Assembly: GCF_009914755.1 (NCBI RefSeq)
Contig: NC_060925.1
DNA: 64,000 nt
Origin: the human T2T-CHM13v2.0 reference genome, Homo sapiens
Reading direction: 5' to 3' (one strand)
In this document: positions 25,477 to 39,400 of the stretch, in pieces
How positions within the stretch are numbered: position 1 is the first letter of the stretch
Layout: each line of letters starts with the position of its first letter
Translations under genes and position numbers: made by a program
Notes under the pieces: model-generated
The model's database searches: none
Seen by the model: the letters and a program-made list of their open reading frames with translations, nothing else
What the model was told of the DNA's origin: nothing

Positions 25477-26765
25477 ATGCATGATTTAAAATCACAGCCT
25501 TCCAGAGCATAATTGTATTAACTGCCGTCTACTTAAAAAAAATTAAACATCGTTTAACATATGCCCAAGTCACCAGATTATTAATATTAAACTCTTCAAC
25601 ATACATATAGCAAGGTCAAAAATTTGTGCCCTGCATACAAATATACAAAACAAGACAGAATGGCTTTTTTACCATTACTGTTCTCAGGCTGCTTTGAAGC
25701 ACCCATCTTGGTGGTAGTCTGGAGATTACGTACCAAAATTATCAGTTAAATGTATATCAGCCACTTTTCCTACCAAAGTCTCTCTTGGATAAAGGCTTCA
25801 GGGAATAGGGCAAAAAGGCTAATGTGTCCAGATGTCAGTAGGATTAGTCATAACTAGCCCATGTGCAAACCTTGAATTTTATTATGAGCCCTCACTAGCT
25901 TAACTTCCATGTCTTTTAATGCTGCTTGTACCTACTGCTACAGTGGGCAGCCAGAAAAAGTGAGGTATGTTCTTTCAGTGTTGGGTCCTGTGATTATCCT
26001 TCACTGACTTGCCACTATCCTGTCACTTGTTGGAATTCCAGATTCTCTGAGTGTCAGCCATATTTTCTTTCTTACTCCAGGTGAGGATGTGCTGCTATGG
26101 AGGCACCTCACTCACTTCTTTCCACAGAATTCCATGGCAGACCCATGGCCTTCAAATCAGTTGTCTCCTGTATTTCTACTGAGCATATTTGGGAAACTCT
26201 GTTGCCTACACACCACAGGGGAGCAAAGACTCATGGGGCATTTCTTCTGATGCTCTCTGTTTTATTCCTTTACTAGCAATTTCCAACTAATCATTGCACC
26301 TCAAGTTTATAAACATGAATAAAACACCATTTTCTTATTTGAGGAATTCACAGGCTGGTGAGGAAGAAAAGGATAAAACAGGTCATTTGGTGAGGTAAGT
26401 CTCAAGGTACAACTGGAACACGAAGATAGGAATGGTTTCCCTCTCTTAGATCCATGTTGGCCATCAGAATCCCTAAGACAGGAATTCTGGTCTGCAATGA
26501 TAGCACTTGTAAGGTAGTAAATCTAAAATCAAGGCAATGTCATTCAAATGTGACTCTCTCTGCAACTTTGATGGTTTCCTTGTCTTAGAAAAAGTATACC
26601 AAAAACTCTCCCTTATCCCAATGACTGAAGTCAACTAATCAAGGCAGGCTCTCTACTGCTGCTGGACATACACAGAATTAAAGAAGATACTAAAGAATGG
26701 AAAAACAAGGGCTTCTAACCAACTGCTAAAAAAACTGGTTACCACAAAGAAAAGCCAGGTTAAAG

Positions 26766-26857
26766 AAAAAGAACTCAGAAAGTTAAACTCTTCACAAGGA
26801 CCCATAGTGGATCACCAATGGGCCCTTGTGAAGAGTTTAACTTCCTGGGTTCTTTTT
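26766..26857. repeat. Inverted repeat with 40-bp arms (3 mismatches) and a 12-nt spacer
   Basis: 26766-26805 aaaaagaactcagaaagttaaactcttcacaaggacccat versus the reverse complement of 26818-26857, aaaaagaacccaggaagttaaactcttcacaagggcccat. Confidence 0.95.
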
Positions 26858-28899
26858 ACTTAGATCACAGTTTCTCATTTTGCTTCTATTTATTTAAGTC
26901 TCTTAAAAACACTTTTTCCTTTTTCTTCTATCTGTTGAGCAAAGCTCTAACTCATCTCCTACTGACATGAGCTAGTTTCACTCCATGCCACCTACCTTTT
27001 TTAAGGCTCTACTTAAGTGTTAGAATAATGCCCTGGGAGTAGAGGTTCTGGGAAGAGTCTTTGGAGCCCTTTGGCTATCCAAGTCCACCAAGAAATTTAA
27101 ATTTGGGCCATTTGAGATTTCCCCATCAGAATGAGCTGCAGATAAGTTCCTTTACTCTTCCACTGGGGTAACTATTGAATATCCTCCCACCCCTCTCTCT
27201 AATGTGAATGTATTTCTGTTGAGATATTACTTTTATCCTTCACAAGCATCACTATCTCCGTTTTCATCCTCTTCTCTTATGTCCCTTTCTTGAGATTTTG
27301 TATCTCTTCTTCTCAGACAGACTTCTCAGACTTCTTTTTTATTTCTTGGTTTTCAAGGACAAGTGTTTATAAGCTTTCATTTTATTCTTGACACAGTTGT
27401 CCTTGGTTTAGTCTTCATTTGTCTTTGGTTTACCATGTTTCTTTCCTTCTGGGTTTTTCTCCTCCCTTCCCACCCCCAAGAACATTTACATAGGTTCCAA
27501 GCCGGTCCCTTTCTGATAATACTCATGTTTAAATCTGAGCTGTTCTTCTAGAGACAGTTTTTTGTCTAGAGATTGTGTGGAAATATCTTCACTGCCCTCT
27601 TGTCTTAAAAAAAAATCCAGGATTGTTTTTAAACACATATATTTTGCTAGATTATACTTAGCATGGTACAGATCTATTTTTTTAATTTTTTTCTAATTCT
27701 CTAATAATGTGTTAATTAATTCCTTTAAAAATACTGAAATCTCAGCTAAAATTAAAATTCACCATTAAATACAGCATCAGCATCATATTTAAACGGTACA
27801 GGCAACAACTTAGGAATGCATGAAGTGCACACACCCACATAAACACAAAACATACATACACAATATAACAAAACCATTCATACACAATATAACAAAAACA
27901 AGATCTAAATATTCCTTTATAAGAAGGTAAGTTTAATTATGAGTAAATAACAAGCATTACATGTAATAATTTTAAAATTCTAGACCAATAAATAATTTTC
28001 ACACATTAGAATACAAGATTATTAATGAAGCCTGTGGGTTCAGTGAGGCAGCCTCTTCCCAATTCTGAACTATGCAGTTAAGAAATATTTAGCCTCCCTT
28101 TCTGACAAATTTCACTGCCTGACAGTATTCTGGCAATAGTTATAATATTTTTAAAACATAAACAACAGTGTATTTGACCTGATTCAATCAAAAATTATTT
28201 AAAGCAAGCAACATATTTACCATAAGATTTTCTTGTAATTTTTATCTTTTTATAGTCTCAAACTACCACTTTTCTCCTAGGCCTACGTAATACTGCCCCT
28301 ACTCACTACTCTTAACATTTACACGAAAACTATTTAATGGATTAGTGTTCATTTGTTTCCCTAGAATAACTACCCACTGTAGGAACTCTAATGCCACTTT
28401 TGATTCTAAAAGCATTTTAAAACATGTCAAGAACATGCTAAAAAAATGAAGTTTCCTTACAGTTTTCTTCAGTGGGGGCATGGTTTGGGTTCTTCTTTTT
28501 TTTTGGCATTTGATCACTCCTCCCCCTCTTTAACCCCTCGCTGTTTCATAAATCACAGCAAATATTTCTCCATGATTTTTTGGAAAAAATTTTGGAAGAA
28601 GAGAACATTTTTGCCAGTCTTTTTGCCTAAATGCCAAATATCTGTGAGTGCTATTCTCATATCCAAATAACCGAAGCAGATCCTATTTTTTTTGGTGGCT
28701 AACAGTACCTTCACCATAGAAACAGCTTTCTGGCTATAGTTGTGAATCACATATACATAGTGACAGCAACGAGTTCCCGATTCTGCAACACATTTTAACC
28801 CATTCAGTACACAACAGATGTCCCACATATATTGATCACTCCTTGTTTCACCTACTTCATTTGAATAGCCACCTGACCACATGCATTTAACTTCTCTCT

Positions 28900-30480
28900 G
28901 TCCCAAAACTCTATTAAATCAAATGTAGAAAAGTAAACAAATAAAAAATAAAAAATAATTACCTACAAAGACAAGGAAAATGGAAGAGAATGTAATAACA
29001 GATGAATATTTTAAAATAATTTTGTAAAAATGTGGATACTGGAGTGGTAGCTATATTAGCAAATTTTAAAAAAGGAAAAAGGAGATTTGCAATCTATATA
29101 CCTACAGAGGGGTAAGCCTAAAAAGAAGAAACCCCTGAAAGGCTCAGCTCTCAAAGACTATAGGAACTTCAGTCCATAAGGGTAGATTACACAAATAAAA
29201 ACAAGTGGCTTATAGAAAGCATGTACATAGATCATTTGTCCTCCCTATACCCTTTATGTGCAGCCATCTGTCAACCCCTTCCATAGAAAAGACTGGGGGG
29301 TTATATTTCGGGTAAATAACACAAATGTGAGGTGCAATGGGGGCAAGTTGGATGTGTAAGTCTCAAAAAAGGGGGCATGTGAAGTCTGACATGTAAGACC
29401 TTCATTCCACATTTTTGGTAGAATACTGCAATTAGCTGATACAACTCCCACCTTCCCAACCAAGCTTCAGATTGGATGATTCTTCTCTGAAGAAATGTAA
29501 GAAATGAACAGTTCCATGCAAAATATTCCCACACGCTGACATCTGAAGATCCTTACTCACATGGTTGACTTACTCCTTGATCTTTCTAGAGTATACCATT
29601 AATCAAAAGCATTGCCCATCCACACAATTTCCAACCAATACTTTAGTGTTTTGCAATAAATATGAACGGATAGCCAAACTTAGCATTACATGTTTGTTAA
29701 AAACTTCCATGTGAAAGATAGAGACCAAAACAAAACAAACTATAAAATAGTATTCAGAAAAAACAAAAAATTCAGATAGGAGAATAAATCTTTGTGAGAA
29801 AACTATAATTAAATTCCTCAGAGATAACAGAAGACATTACATCTATGAAACAGGAATAGGATGCATGAAAATAAGCTAACCTGAGAATAAGAATTCTTGA
29901 AATTAAAAATATGATAAAAATATGATAAAATTTTTAATCAAAGATTTAAAAGGCAAAAGCAAGCAAATCTGGAAATTAGAGGAAAAGGACAAATGAGCAA
30001 TAGAGCTGAAAGGAAGGAAGGAAGGAAGGAAGGAAAAGAAGAAATGAGGAAAAAGAAAATGAGAATAGTAATCCTAGAAGTCCAATAGAAAGGGAAAAGT
30101 ATTGAATAATACAAGAATTTTTTTTTCAGACTGAAGGACCTAACACTATAACTTGAAAGAGCCCATGAAATATACAAAAAGATAATAAAAATAACCACAC
30201 CAAGATACCATCATGAAATTTAAAAGAAAGAAAATAATCTACTTCTTGAAAGAACAAGAGAGAAACAGAAATAAAATAACATCAGCCTTCTCCATTATTA
30301 ATACCAGATGTGAGAAAACAGTTGAGCAAAATTCGTAAGTTTAAAATTGAGAAAGAAAATCATTTTCAATCTAGGATAGCACAGCTCACCAAACCATCAT
30401 GTAAAGGTAATATGTAAATAGTAAAAATAAGAAACTAGAAATGTGTAGTCTCAGAAAATTTATTCCTTACACACTCTTTA
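28900..30480 (+). mobile_element. Ancient HAL1/L1ME ORF1-like remnant (appears to continue at ~32990-33420)
   Basis: A-rich sense strand with ORF1-like motifs (catcagccttctcc...cattttcaatctaggat...ccaaaccatca); very diverged. Confidence 0.45.
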
Positions 30481-30525
30481 ATATCTTCATTTATTAATTC
30501 ATTCATTTAAAATATGTAATGAATA

Positions 30526-32892
30526 ATGTATATCTGGTTTTTGCTAGTATCATGCTGTTTTGATTACTATAGCTTTGTAGTATATTTCAAAATCAGATCA
30601 TGTGGTGCCTCCAGCTTTGTTCATTTTTCTCTAGACTGCTTTATCTATTGGGGTCTATGGTGGTTCCATACAAATTCTAGGATTGTTTTTCTATTTCTGT
30701 GAAAAATAACATTGAAATTTTAATGAGTATTGCATTGAATATGTAAATAACTTTGGGTAGTATTGGACATTTTAACTAAATTATTCCAATCTATGAGAAT
30801 GGGATATCTTTCTATTTCTGTCGTTTTCAATTTCTTTCATTAATGTTTCGTAGTTTTCAGTATACAGATCTTGAACCTTTTTAGTTAAATTTACTCCTGT
30901 ATTTTTTTAATGCTATTGTAACTGAGATTGCTTTCTTGATTTCTGCTTTCAATAATTGTTATTGTATAGAAATCCCACTGATTTTTGTATGTTGATTTTG
31001 TATTCTGCAACTTTATTGAATTTATTTATCCATTCTAACAGGTTTTTTTTTTTTTTGGTGAAATCTTTAGGATTTTCTATATACAAACACATTAGCCAAT
31101 GGAATAGGATGAAAAGCCCAGATATAAACCCACACACTTATGGACAATTAATTTTCCACAAAGGTGTCACAAATATACAATGGTGAAAGACAGTCTTTTC
31201 AAAACACATGGTGTTGGAAAAACTGGACATTCACATATAAAAAGTGAAGTTAGATCCTCATCTTGTACCATATACAAATATCTACTTGAAATAGATTAAA
31301 GACTTAAACATAAGACCTTAAATTGTAAAACTATTAGGATAAAACGGGAAAATTCTTCATGACATTTATCTGGGAAGTGATTTCTTGGCTATAACCTCAA
31401 AAGCAAAGGCAAAAAAAAAGCAAAAATAGACAAATGGAATTTCATTTCAAAAATATTTTACATAGCAAAGAACATAATTAACAGAGTGAAGAGACAACCC
31501 ACGGAATAGAAAAGTAAATATTTGCAAATCATATATCTTGTAAGGGGCAAATATCCAAAAATATATAAGGAAGTCAACTCAATAGCAAGAAAAAAAAATA
31601 ACCTGATTAAAAAATGGACAAAGAGCCGGGCACAGTGGCTCACACCTGTAATGCCAGCACTTTGGGAGGCTGAGACAGGTGGATCACCTGAGGTCAGGAG
31701 TACAAGACCAGCCTGACCAACATGGCAAAACCCCGTCTGTACTAAAAATACAAAAATTAGCCAGGCATACACCTGTAGTCCCAGCTACTCAGGAAGCCAA
31801 GGCAGGAGAATCGCTTGAACCCGAGACGTGGAGTTTGCAGTAAGCCGAGATCACGCCACCACACACACTCCTTCCAGCCTAGGTGACAGAGGGAGACTCC
31901 GTCTCAAAGCAAAAAAAAAAAAAAAAAAAAAGACAAAGGACACGAACACATAAACAGACAGTTCTCAAAAGTAGACGTATGAATGGCCAACTGATATATG
32001 AAAAAATGCTCAATGTCGCTATCATCAGAGAAATGCAAATTAAAACCACAATGAGCTATCACCTCACACCTGTTGAATGGCTATTATCAAAAAGTGAAAA
32101 GATAACAAATGTTGGCAAGCAAAGGAAACCACTGCACACTGTTTGTGGGAATGTAAAGTATTATATACCCGTTATGTAAAACAATATTGAAGTTCCTAAG
32201 AAAACTAAAACTAGAATTACCATAGAATCCAGCAATCCCACTTATGGGTATACATCCAAAGAAATTGAAATTTGTATGTTGAAAAAATATCTACATTCCC
32301 ATGTTCATTGTGGCATTATTCACAATAGTCAAGATATGAAAGCAACTTAAGTGTCTGTCAGTGGATCAATGGATAAAGAAAATGTAGTATATACACATGG
32401 TGGAATTCTATACAGCTTTAAAAAAAAGCAGGAAATTCTGTCATTTGGAACAACCTGGATGAACATAGAGTACATTAAGTTAAGTGAAATAAGGCAGGCA
32501 CAAAAAGACACATTCTGCATCTTCTCACTTATATGTGTAACCCAAAGAAGTCAAACTCACAGAAGCAGAGATGGTTACTGGAGGTGGAGGTAACAGGGTG
32601 GAAAAATGAGATGTTAGGCAAAAGATAGAACACTTCAGTCAGACAAGAGAAATAAGTGTTAGTGATCTATTGTACACCATGGTGACCATAGTTAATTATA
32701 ATGTATTTTATATCTCAAAATTGCTAAAAGAGTAGATTTTAAATGTTCTCACCACAAAAAAATAGTAAGGTGAGATAATGAATATACTAATTCACTTTAT
32801 TTCATTATTCTATAATGTCTACATATATCAAACATCACATTGTACCCCATAAATAAGTACAATTATTTTGTCAATTAAAAATAAATAAAAAC
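30526..32892 (+). mobile_element. L1MA-type element with a 5' inversion (30526-~31082 on the - strand, ~31083-32892 on the + strand), interrupted by an Alu
   Basis: Orientation switch at ...ggattttctatata|caaacacattagccaatgg; L1MA-like 3' end (cacattgtaccccataaat...gtcaattaaaaataaataaaa); diverged TSD at 30508-30525 and 32893-32910. Confidence 0.8.
31625..31930 (+). mobile_element. Alu (AluS type) inserted in the L1MA
   Basis: Alu body with A tail; gacaaag on both sides; small internal deletion and a CA expansion near 31856. Confidence 0.93.
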
Positions 32893-33722
32893 TAAAATAT
32901 TTAAAGAGTATCTCCTATGCGCTAAGTACTGTTCTCTGTTTTTGAGATGTAGCATGGGAAAAAAGTTTCTTATTTCATAATGCTTAGGAAGTGCTGGCAA
33001 GTTTGCTTTAACAAATGAGAGAGTAAATGAGAAAGAAGATATAGGACCCAAAACACAATTCTAACACACAGAAATACTGAAGGGCAGCCTCAGGAGTCTA
33101 GTTGTAACCAGGTGCAGAAATCAAGTAGTCTAAATTAGAGGAGGCTGGAGGCTGGATGGTGAGATGTCATTAGAAATGGAATTCAGCTGAGTGCATCTGA
33201 AATGTTTGAGCATCTGGAAGAACTGTTGCTAGAAATTTGACAGATCTCAGAGCATTTTGGAAAAAATTACCAATTAGACCTTTAAAGAAAACTAAGAAAA
33301 TAAAAAAGGCAACTATTAAAACTTTTGGACCAAAAAAGAAATGAAAAAGTAGATTTGTACATGCTTGACTCCACAGTGAATAAAATTTACATAATAATAT
33401 ACATACATGAGCACCAACCATTGCCTTAATATAAATTTGTGCAACACGAAGGTCATCGGTGACTACGATGAGGAAAGTGTTAGGAGACTTGCAGGAGAGA
33501 AGAGCCTGATTGGAGTGGGTTCAAGAACAAATAGGAAAGGAACTGGAGATGGCAAATGTTGGCAATGCTTTCAACAAGTTTCAGCAAACATTTATCTCAG
33601 CATCATTAAAGATTTTTATTTTTGTGCAAGTTGGAATTAATACTTCAAAAAATGCTGAAACTATACATTATATGAAAAACGTAAGTAAGTTTATGTTTAC
33701 ATGCCATTTAAAAGTTGATCCA

Positions 33723-34006
33723 GTCTGAACACAGTAGCTCACGCCTGTAATCCCACTACTTTGGGAAGTCAAGGAAGGAGGATCACTTGAAGCCAGGAGT
33801 TCAAGACCAGCCTGGCCAACATAGCGAGACCCTGTCTTTACTAAAAATCAAAAAATATAAAAGCACCCACCTGTAGTCTCAGCTGCTCAGGAGGCTGAGG
33901 TGAGAGGATCACTTGAGCCCAGGAGGTAGCCATTGCAGTGAGCTGAGATTGTGCCACTGCATTTCAGCATGGGTGACAGAGAAAGATCCTGTCTCAGAAA
34001 AAAAAA
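33723..34006 (+). mobile_element. AluJ-type element
   Basis: ggaggatcacttgaagccaggag and gaggatcacttgagcccagg are J diagnostics; TSD-like aaaagttgatcca / aaaggttaatcca. Confidence 0.9.
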
Positions 34007-35629
34007 GGTTAATCCAATTAAGGACTCTCACTATACACCCCTCCTCCATCATCAAATTTTGAATACCTCAATTTTAAGACTTCAGCTGAAGGATATATAA
34101 CAACTAGGTGAAAAAAAGTCTTAATCTACACTTATCTATAAATAGAAATTGTTTATGCTGTCAGCTTTCCTTGTCCAGGCTAAATGTTCTAATCAAGTTT
34201 TTCCACCTTGCTGAGTCTAAATACTAAATAACATCTATGACAGAGGAGGTGCTTCACTAGCTAAGCAAATCATTTTCTGCTAAGCAAATCAAAATGGTAA
34301 AGCATTGCAGATGACAGACTATTTTCTCACTTCAAATTGATGTTGAGTGCATATAATCATGCACAGTCTTGGGGATTCTTTCATTATTAAGATTAATCAC
34401 GATATCAGTATTTTTAAAAGCTGTTTTTCTTTAAATAGCCATGAAAGTTAGCCTCAGTGGTAGGACTATCCTCTATTCCAGAGACTTCTAATGAACACCT
34501 AGCAATCAGCAGGCAATCATGTTACTCTCTGAACTACTGAGAAAGTAACTGCACAATATGACATGTCAAGACCCCTCACCCATGTATCAGTGGCAGGTGG
34601 AGTGTCATTCTGCTGAGATAAACCCAGGGGCAAGCAAAAGTAATTTTCCCACAATTCCTCCTGCACTCCAATCTCTTCTCCCTTTACTTCCCTTTACTTC
34701 TCCCTCTACTTCAGTAAAACACTTTTATCTGAAGTCTTGACCTGTTTTCTTTTGTGATCTTTTAGGTAATGTTGTCCGCTTTTAGTCTAAGCCACTAGTG
34801 GAATTAAAGGCATGCCCCCAAATTCATGTAGCTAGGTATAATCCTGATTTCCACAAACTCCATTACTCAGGGCCTGGATGCTGCAGTTGTTGAAATGAGC
34901 CCATATTTTCCTGATACCCTCACCATGTCTGCTCTATTTGAACTTTCTACCTCTTTCTACAGCCTATTTCCCCAATCAGATAGTCCAATACCTGGGTTCC
35001 AGCTCTAGGATTAGAGCTGAATGGAATCTCCAGGAACTCCTTGTGGCATTAGTCTTCTCAATCTTATCCTCTAGATAGGATAAGATCCTTCAACCTTATC
35101 CTCTAAAAGCTACAAACTTGACTGTGCTTTCCATACTTTCTATTCTAGCTTCACAGTCTTTCCTCTCCACTGAAGGAAGACCAGTATTGCTGCTAGCATA
35201 CCGCACAAATGAATCATATATTCTAATCCTGCCAGAAGAAAATACAATAATTGCAATAATTATGGAGTTCAGATTTGATCAACAGTAGCAACTTTCAAAA
35301 CAAATGAAATGGCATCTCAATTCTATCAGATGTGGTGATCCTTGGAATTTATTCAAAAAATGTCAGAACCTAGCTCAAGGTTTGCTATTTTGTTGTTGTT
35401 GTTGTTGTTGTTCTTTCAAAAGTAATGATTAAGAGAGAACATCCACCATATTTTCATTTCAGTTCTGTCACTTTCTACTTTGTACTAAGTCTCTCAATTT
35501 CCTTATTTGTAAAGTAAGAACCAAAATACCATGTGCCTAGATAATTGCTGGGAATAAAGGAAAGTGTCAGGGAAGAGCCCTCAATCTCATAGAGAAGAGC
35601 AAAGAGTAGCAAGACTCCAAAAGAGAAGA

Positions 35630-36050
35630 CTAAGCAAAAAAATTGACTTGTGACAGTTGCACACATCCCAAGAGTAGACAAGACACATTGGATCAGAGAA
35701 CAATTTATTACTCACATCACAGCAAACATCAGGAGCATCAAATAGTAGAACAAATTCCCCCAAGTCCTGTGAGGTAAAACAGTGGGCCCAGATGGTGATT
35801 ACAGCTGGGGAACCCAGGACTAGGAGTTCAGCACAATTTGTAGCAAGCAGTAAACAAGCCATTTTCCCCTCCAGCAGGGAGCAAGCAGGACCTAGGTATT
35901 CATGTTCTAGTCACCTCGAACTGCTTGAGACCCTACATGAAAAATTAAGTAAATGGTTCTGGATCAGAAGACACTTAGGTCTTGCAGTTAAACATATTCA
36001 ACAAAGACATACATAGGCTATGGGGGAACCACAACAGACTGTCTTGTTAA
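35630..36050 (-). mobile_element. Possible LTR remnant
   Basis: AATAAA on the - strand near 35704 and LTR-like composition; family not recognised. Confidence 0.3.
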
Positions 36051-36279
36051 CAGTAAGCTTAATAAGCCTTTGCTATGGCTATTTTAAACAGCACCCTAGC
36101 ACATCTGTGATACTTTCACTATGTAATAAATAAGCAAAGTGATCTTTCAGGAAATTAGTCTTTTCTAACTCTATACATTTAAAATTAATTGGATTTGTCA
36201 AACTTATGACCTGAAATTTGTGGGAGATATTGTATATATGTTTGTAGCTATATTTTAAAATCAGATGATAACTCCAGGT

Positions 36280-36490
36280 TAGAGGCAATCTTGTAGAGTG
36301 AATAAAGGCTTGAGATACAGTCACAAGATTTGGATTCAAGTCCCAGGTCTGCAACTTCCCTGCAGTGTAAATCAATTATCCTTTGATCTATCTGAACTTC
36401 CATTTCTGCCTCTGTAAAATAAAATTTAAAAAATATCAGTCCAAAAACGTGAGCTCACACAGATTTTTGAGAATCGGATTGATGGTACAT
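36280..36490. mobile_element. MIR fragment
   Basis: ggattcaagtcccaggtctgcaact...tctgaacttccatttctgcctctgtaaaat. Confidence 0.65.
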
Positions 36491-39400
36491 CTACAATTTC
36501 TTTTAAAATTATAAAAGATTGGTAAATACCATAAATATAAACTGGCAAATGAATTTAGGGTTTGCTTAAAATTCATAATTTAACTTCCTCATTATACATA
36601 GCTGAAGGTATAATAAATGAGATGTGATATATTCAAGTAAATCATTTCAGTGAATGGTTCAAGTATTGGCAATATGGATTGGCAATGCTCAGTTATTTCC
36701 ACCTGTGATTCAGCAGGCCGCCACCAGGAGATGGTAGCACTATTTGTCTTCTATAATTAGAATGCAATGTTTAGCTCCAATACTTCAGCATAGCAATTTA
36801 AATTATAATGAATAAGTTACTTAATATTTATTAAAATAATAAACTGCTCAAATATTAAATATATGCATTTATATAAAATAAAGAAAATAGCATGTAGAGG
36901 AGGATTTTAAGAAATGTAAGACCCACACATAAAGCAGCTTGGTTTATTTAAACTAATTTTAGTCACCAGATAAACCAACACTTAGGGAAGAATGTAGCGT
37001 AGACTCTATTTTCTGCACCTGGGAGGAGGTGCTTTCCCAGTCCCTTGCAGCTGCTGCTGCCCATTAGATATGGAACTAGAGTGGGTCCCTTCCTCTCTTT
37101 CCTTTAAAACAATGGGGCTCAGGGCACACAAAGGGCTCCAACATAGTTGTTTGAAGAGTATTGCAAGTGTTGTTATTTCTGTTGCTTTTGCTGTTGAAGC
37201 TGTGCTCAGTGCTGTGACAAGATAGAAACTAGATATTATCTTCTTTGTGCCCGTGCAGAACTCTAGTACCAGCTCAGCATGTGCCTGCAGTAGTAGGGTA
37301 CTTGAGTCCTCTGAGTAATCTCACAAAAATCTTATTATTTTTCCCACCTTACAGATGGGCAAACTGATGCGCTGAAAGATTGAGAACTGAGATTTTAATC
37401 CACTTTATGAGATTTTAATCAATTTCTTTCTTTGTTAATCAATGAGCACCAGGAGCATGGCTGGAATGCATGTATTCATCCTGGCCCAGAACTGCAACGT
37501 ACCCAAGAAGTCACCATCATCTTTCAGTTCTGTTAATGCTGCTTGGGTCCACTTCCACACATGCCTTGACAGATCTTGCAGCATCATCACTGAACTGTTT
37601 CATTACCAAGTCAGAGAGAATTCTTTCAGCTTTGTGGTCTGGATTGCTAGAAATATATAGATGCCATGGGGGTTTGTGCATGTGTGTGCATAACCTTTAA
37701 GGGAAAATATACACCTGTAAGTATGTTAGCTGAAGCTCCTAAGTAGTGGCTGTATGAATATTTTATGTTTCCTCTTGGCCATTGCTTCTGTAACCTGTTT
37801 CTAAAGTGATAAAAAGAGAGAGAGAATGCAAGAGAGGCCAGTTTCCATAGGAACAAACGTAACAACGGAAAAACCTGTTAGTCTAGAAGGCCACCTCCAG
37901 GTAAGCTGAACTCACACCACCAGTGTTACGAGCAATACATGTACCCAGTTTAATTGCATTTCCAAACATCATCTCTAAAAACCTTCCATGGGTAGTATTC
38001 ACAAATTTTTTCAAAGTATAGAAATAGGATCTATCTGACCTCTAAAAATAAAAATATTTTAAATCAGAAAATTAATTACAATTTTTATTTGCATTGGTAC
38101 TATTTGAGTATAAGAAAAAAGACCAGCATAAAACATAAATACTCTAGGAGAAAATTAAGGCAATGCAAAGTAATTGCTTTTTCTTAATTATTAGCTTTGT
38201 AGTACCTCTAACTGCCAAACATGTTAGCTACTTGAGAGAGAGCCTGAAGAGTCAAAAAATAATAAGCAATAAGTAACGTAGAACATTTATAAATTTACAA
38301 GATGAATTGCTATGAAATAATTTGATTTAGAAAAAAGTTGGTAACTTACAAATAACTTCCTATAAACAACATAAGAAAGCAAGATTAATCTGTACTGTAT
38401 TTTAAGAGCCCAGAGAAAAAATTCCATTTTAGAAAAATCTGTAATTCTCCAGAAAGTCTGCATATAGCTTTCAAAGAGGAGTTTAAGTATTACAATATTA
38501 ACAGCAGATAAGTTCTAGAAACTTTAATATTATCTTTGAATGCTTTCCTTTTTCTCTTCATGTCCAACTTCTGATAAAACTCTGCATCTTGTCAATTATC
38601 TTCTTTCCCCATCACCTCATAGCACTCCTTTCCCCAGGTGTTCTAGGTCCCCACACTGTAGGCTTACAATGCTCAGAAACAGACCCACCCTGGCTTTTTT
38701 GCATTTCCTTATCCACATTCCCAAGCCTTAGTAGGGGCGGGGGAGGTTCTCATGTGTTTGTTAGAAAGATCTGATTAATTTTTTTTAAGAATATCATGTA
38801 AATGACTGATGGGGAGGTCCATGTGTTAACACTTCCCAGGGTGATCTACATTTAAAAGAGATATTTAAATTAAAAAATTAATCTGCTGATTTGAATCCTT
38901 TGGAAATAGAGGAAATGTTTTTTAACAAATAAGTGCATAAATGAGTACTCAAAGGAAGAATTAATTTATGATGTTAGAATTTCAGCAGCAACTCAACCAT
39001 AAACCCCAATAATCTCCTACTTTCCATAATTTGGGCCACTATTCCCTTTACATACAGTCCTCAACTCTGCAACAAAATTTTGGAAACTTAGAAGCAATCT
39101 GCTTTTTCTTTATCAACTCTTCCCACAATGCTGAATTTGCAGCACTGGGTACCTTTAAAAATAGAGATAAATGTAGGGTTTAAAACAAGATGTTTAAGAA
39201 TCAGCAAGAGCTACCACATAACTTTCTCACTGTTCCTTCCCACTTCTGCAGAAGACTTCAGCTTTGTCCCTGAGACTATAAGACACAGGCTTATTTGAGA
39301 GGGTAAGAGGTCCGTCCCTGGGAAGCACTCATCACAGATAGGAACAGAAATCCTTATTAAAAATCTCAAAGTTACTCACCTAAGAGAATTTGACTAGCAC

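Noticed and set aside
26782-26840. TTAA-flanked piggyBac-like MITE as the explanation for the hairpin
   Set aside because: The symmetry extends about 17 bp beyond both TTAA motifs, so they are part of the palindrome rather than a TSD.
27855-27897. 19-nt near-tandem duplication catacacaatataacaaaa (similar short ones near 5852, 10710, 29906, 34260 and 37389)
   Set aside because: These look like ordinary slippage duplications in AT-rich DNA, with no sign of function.
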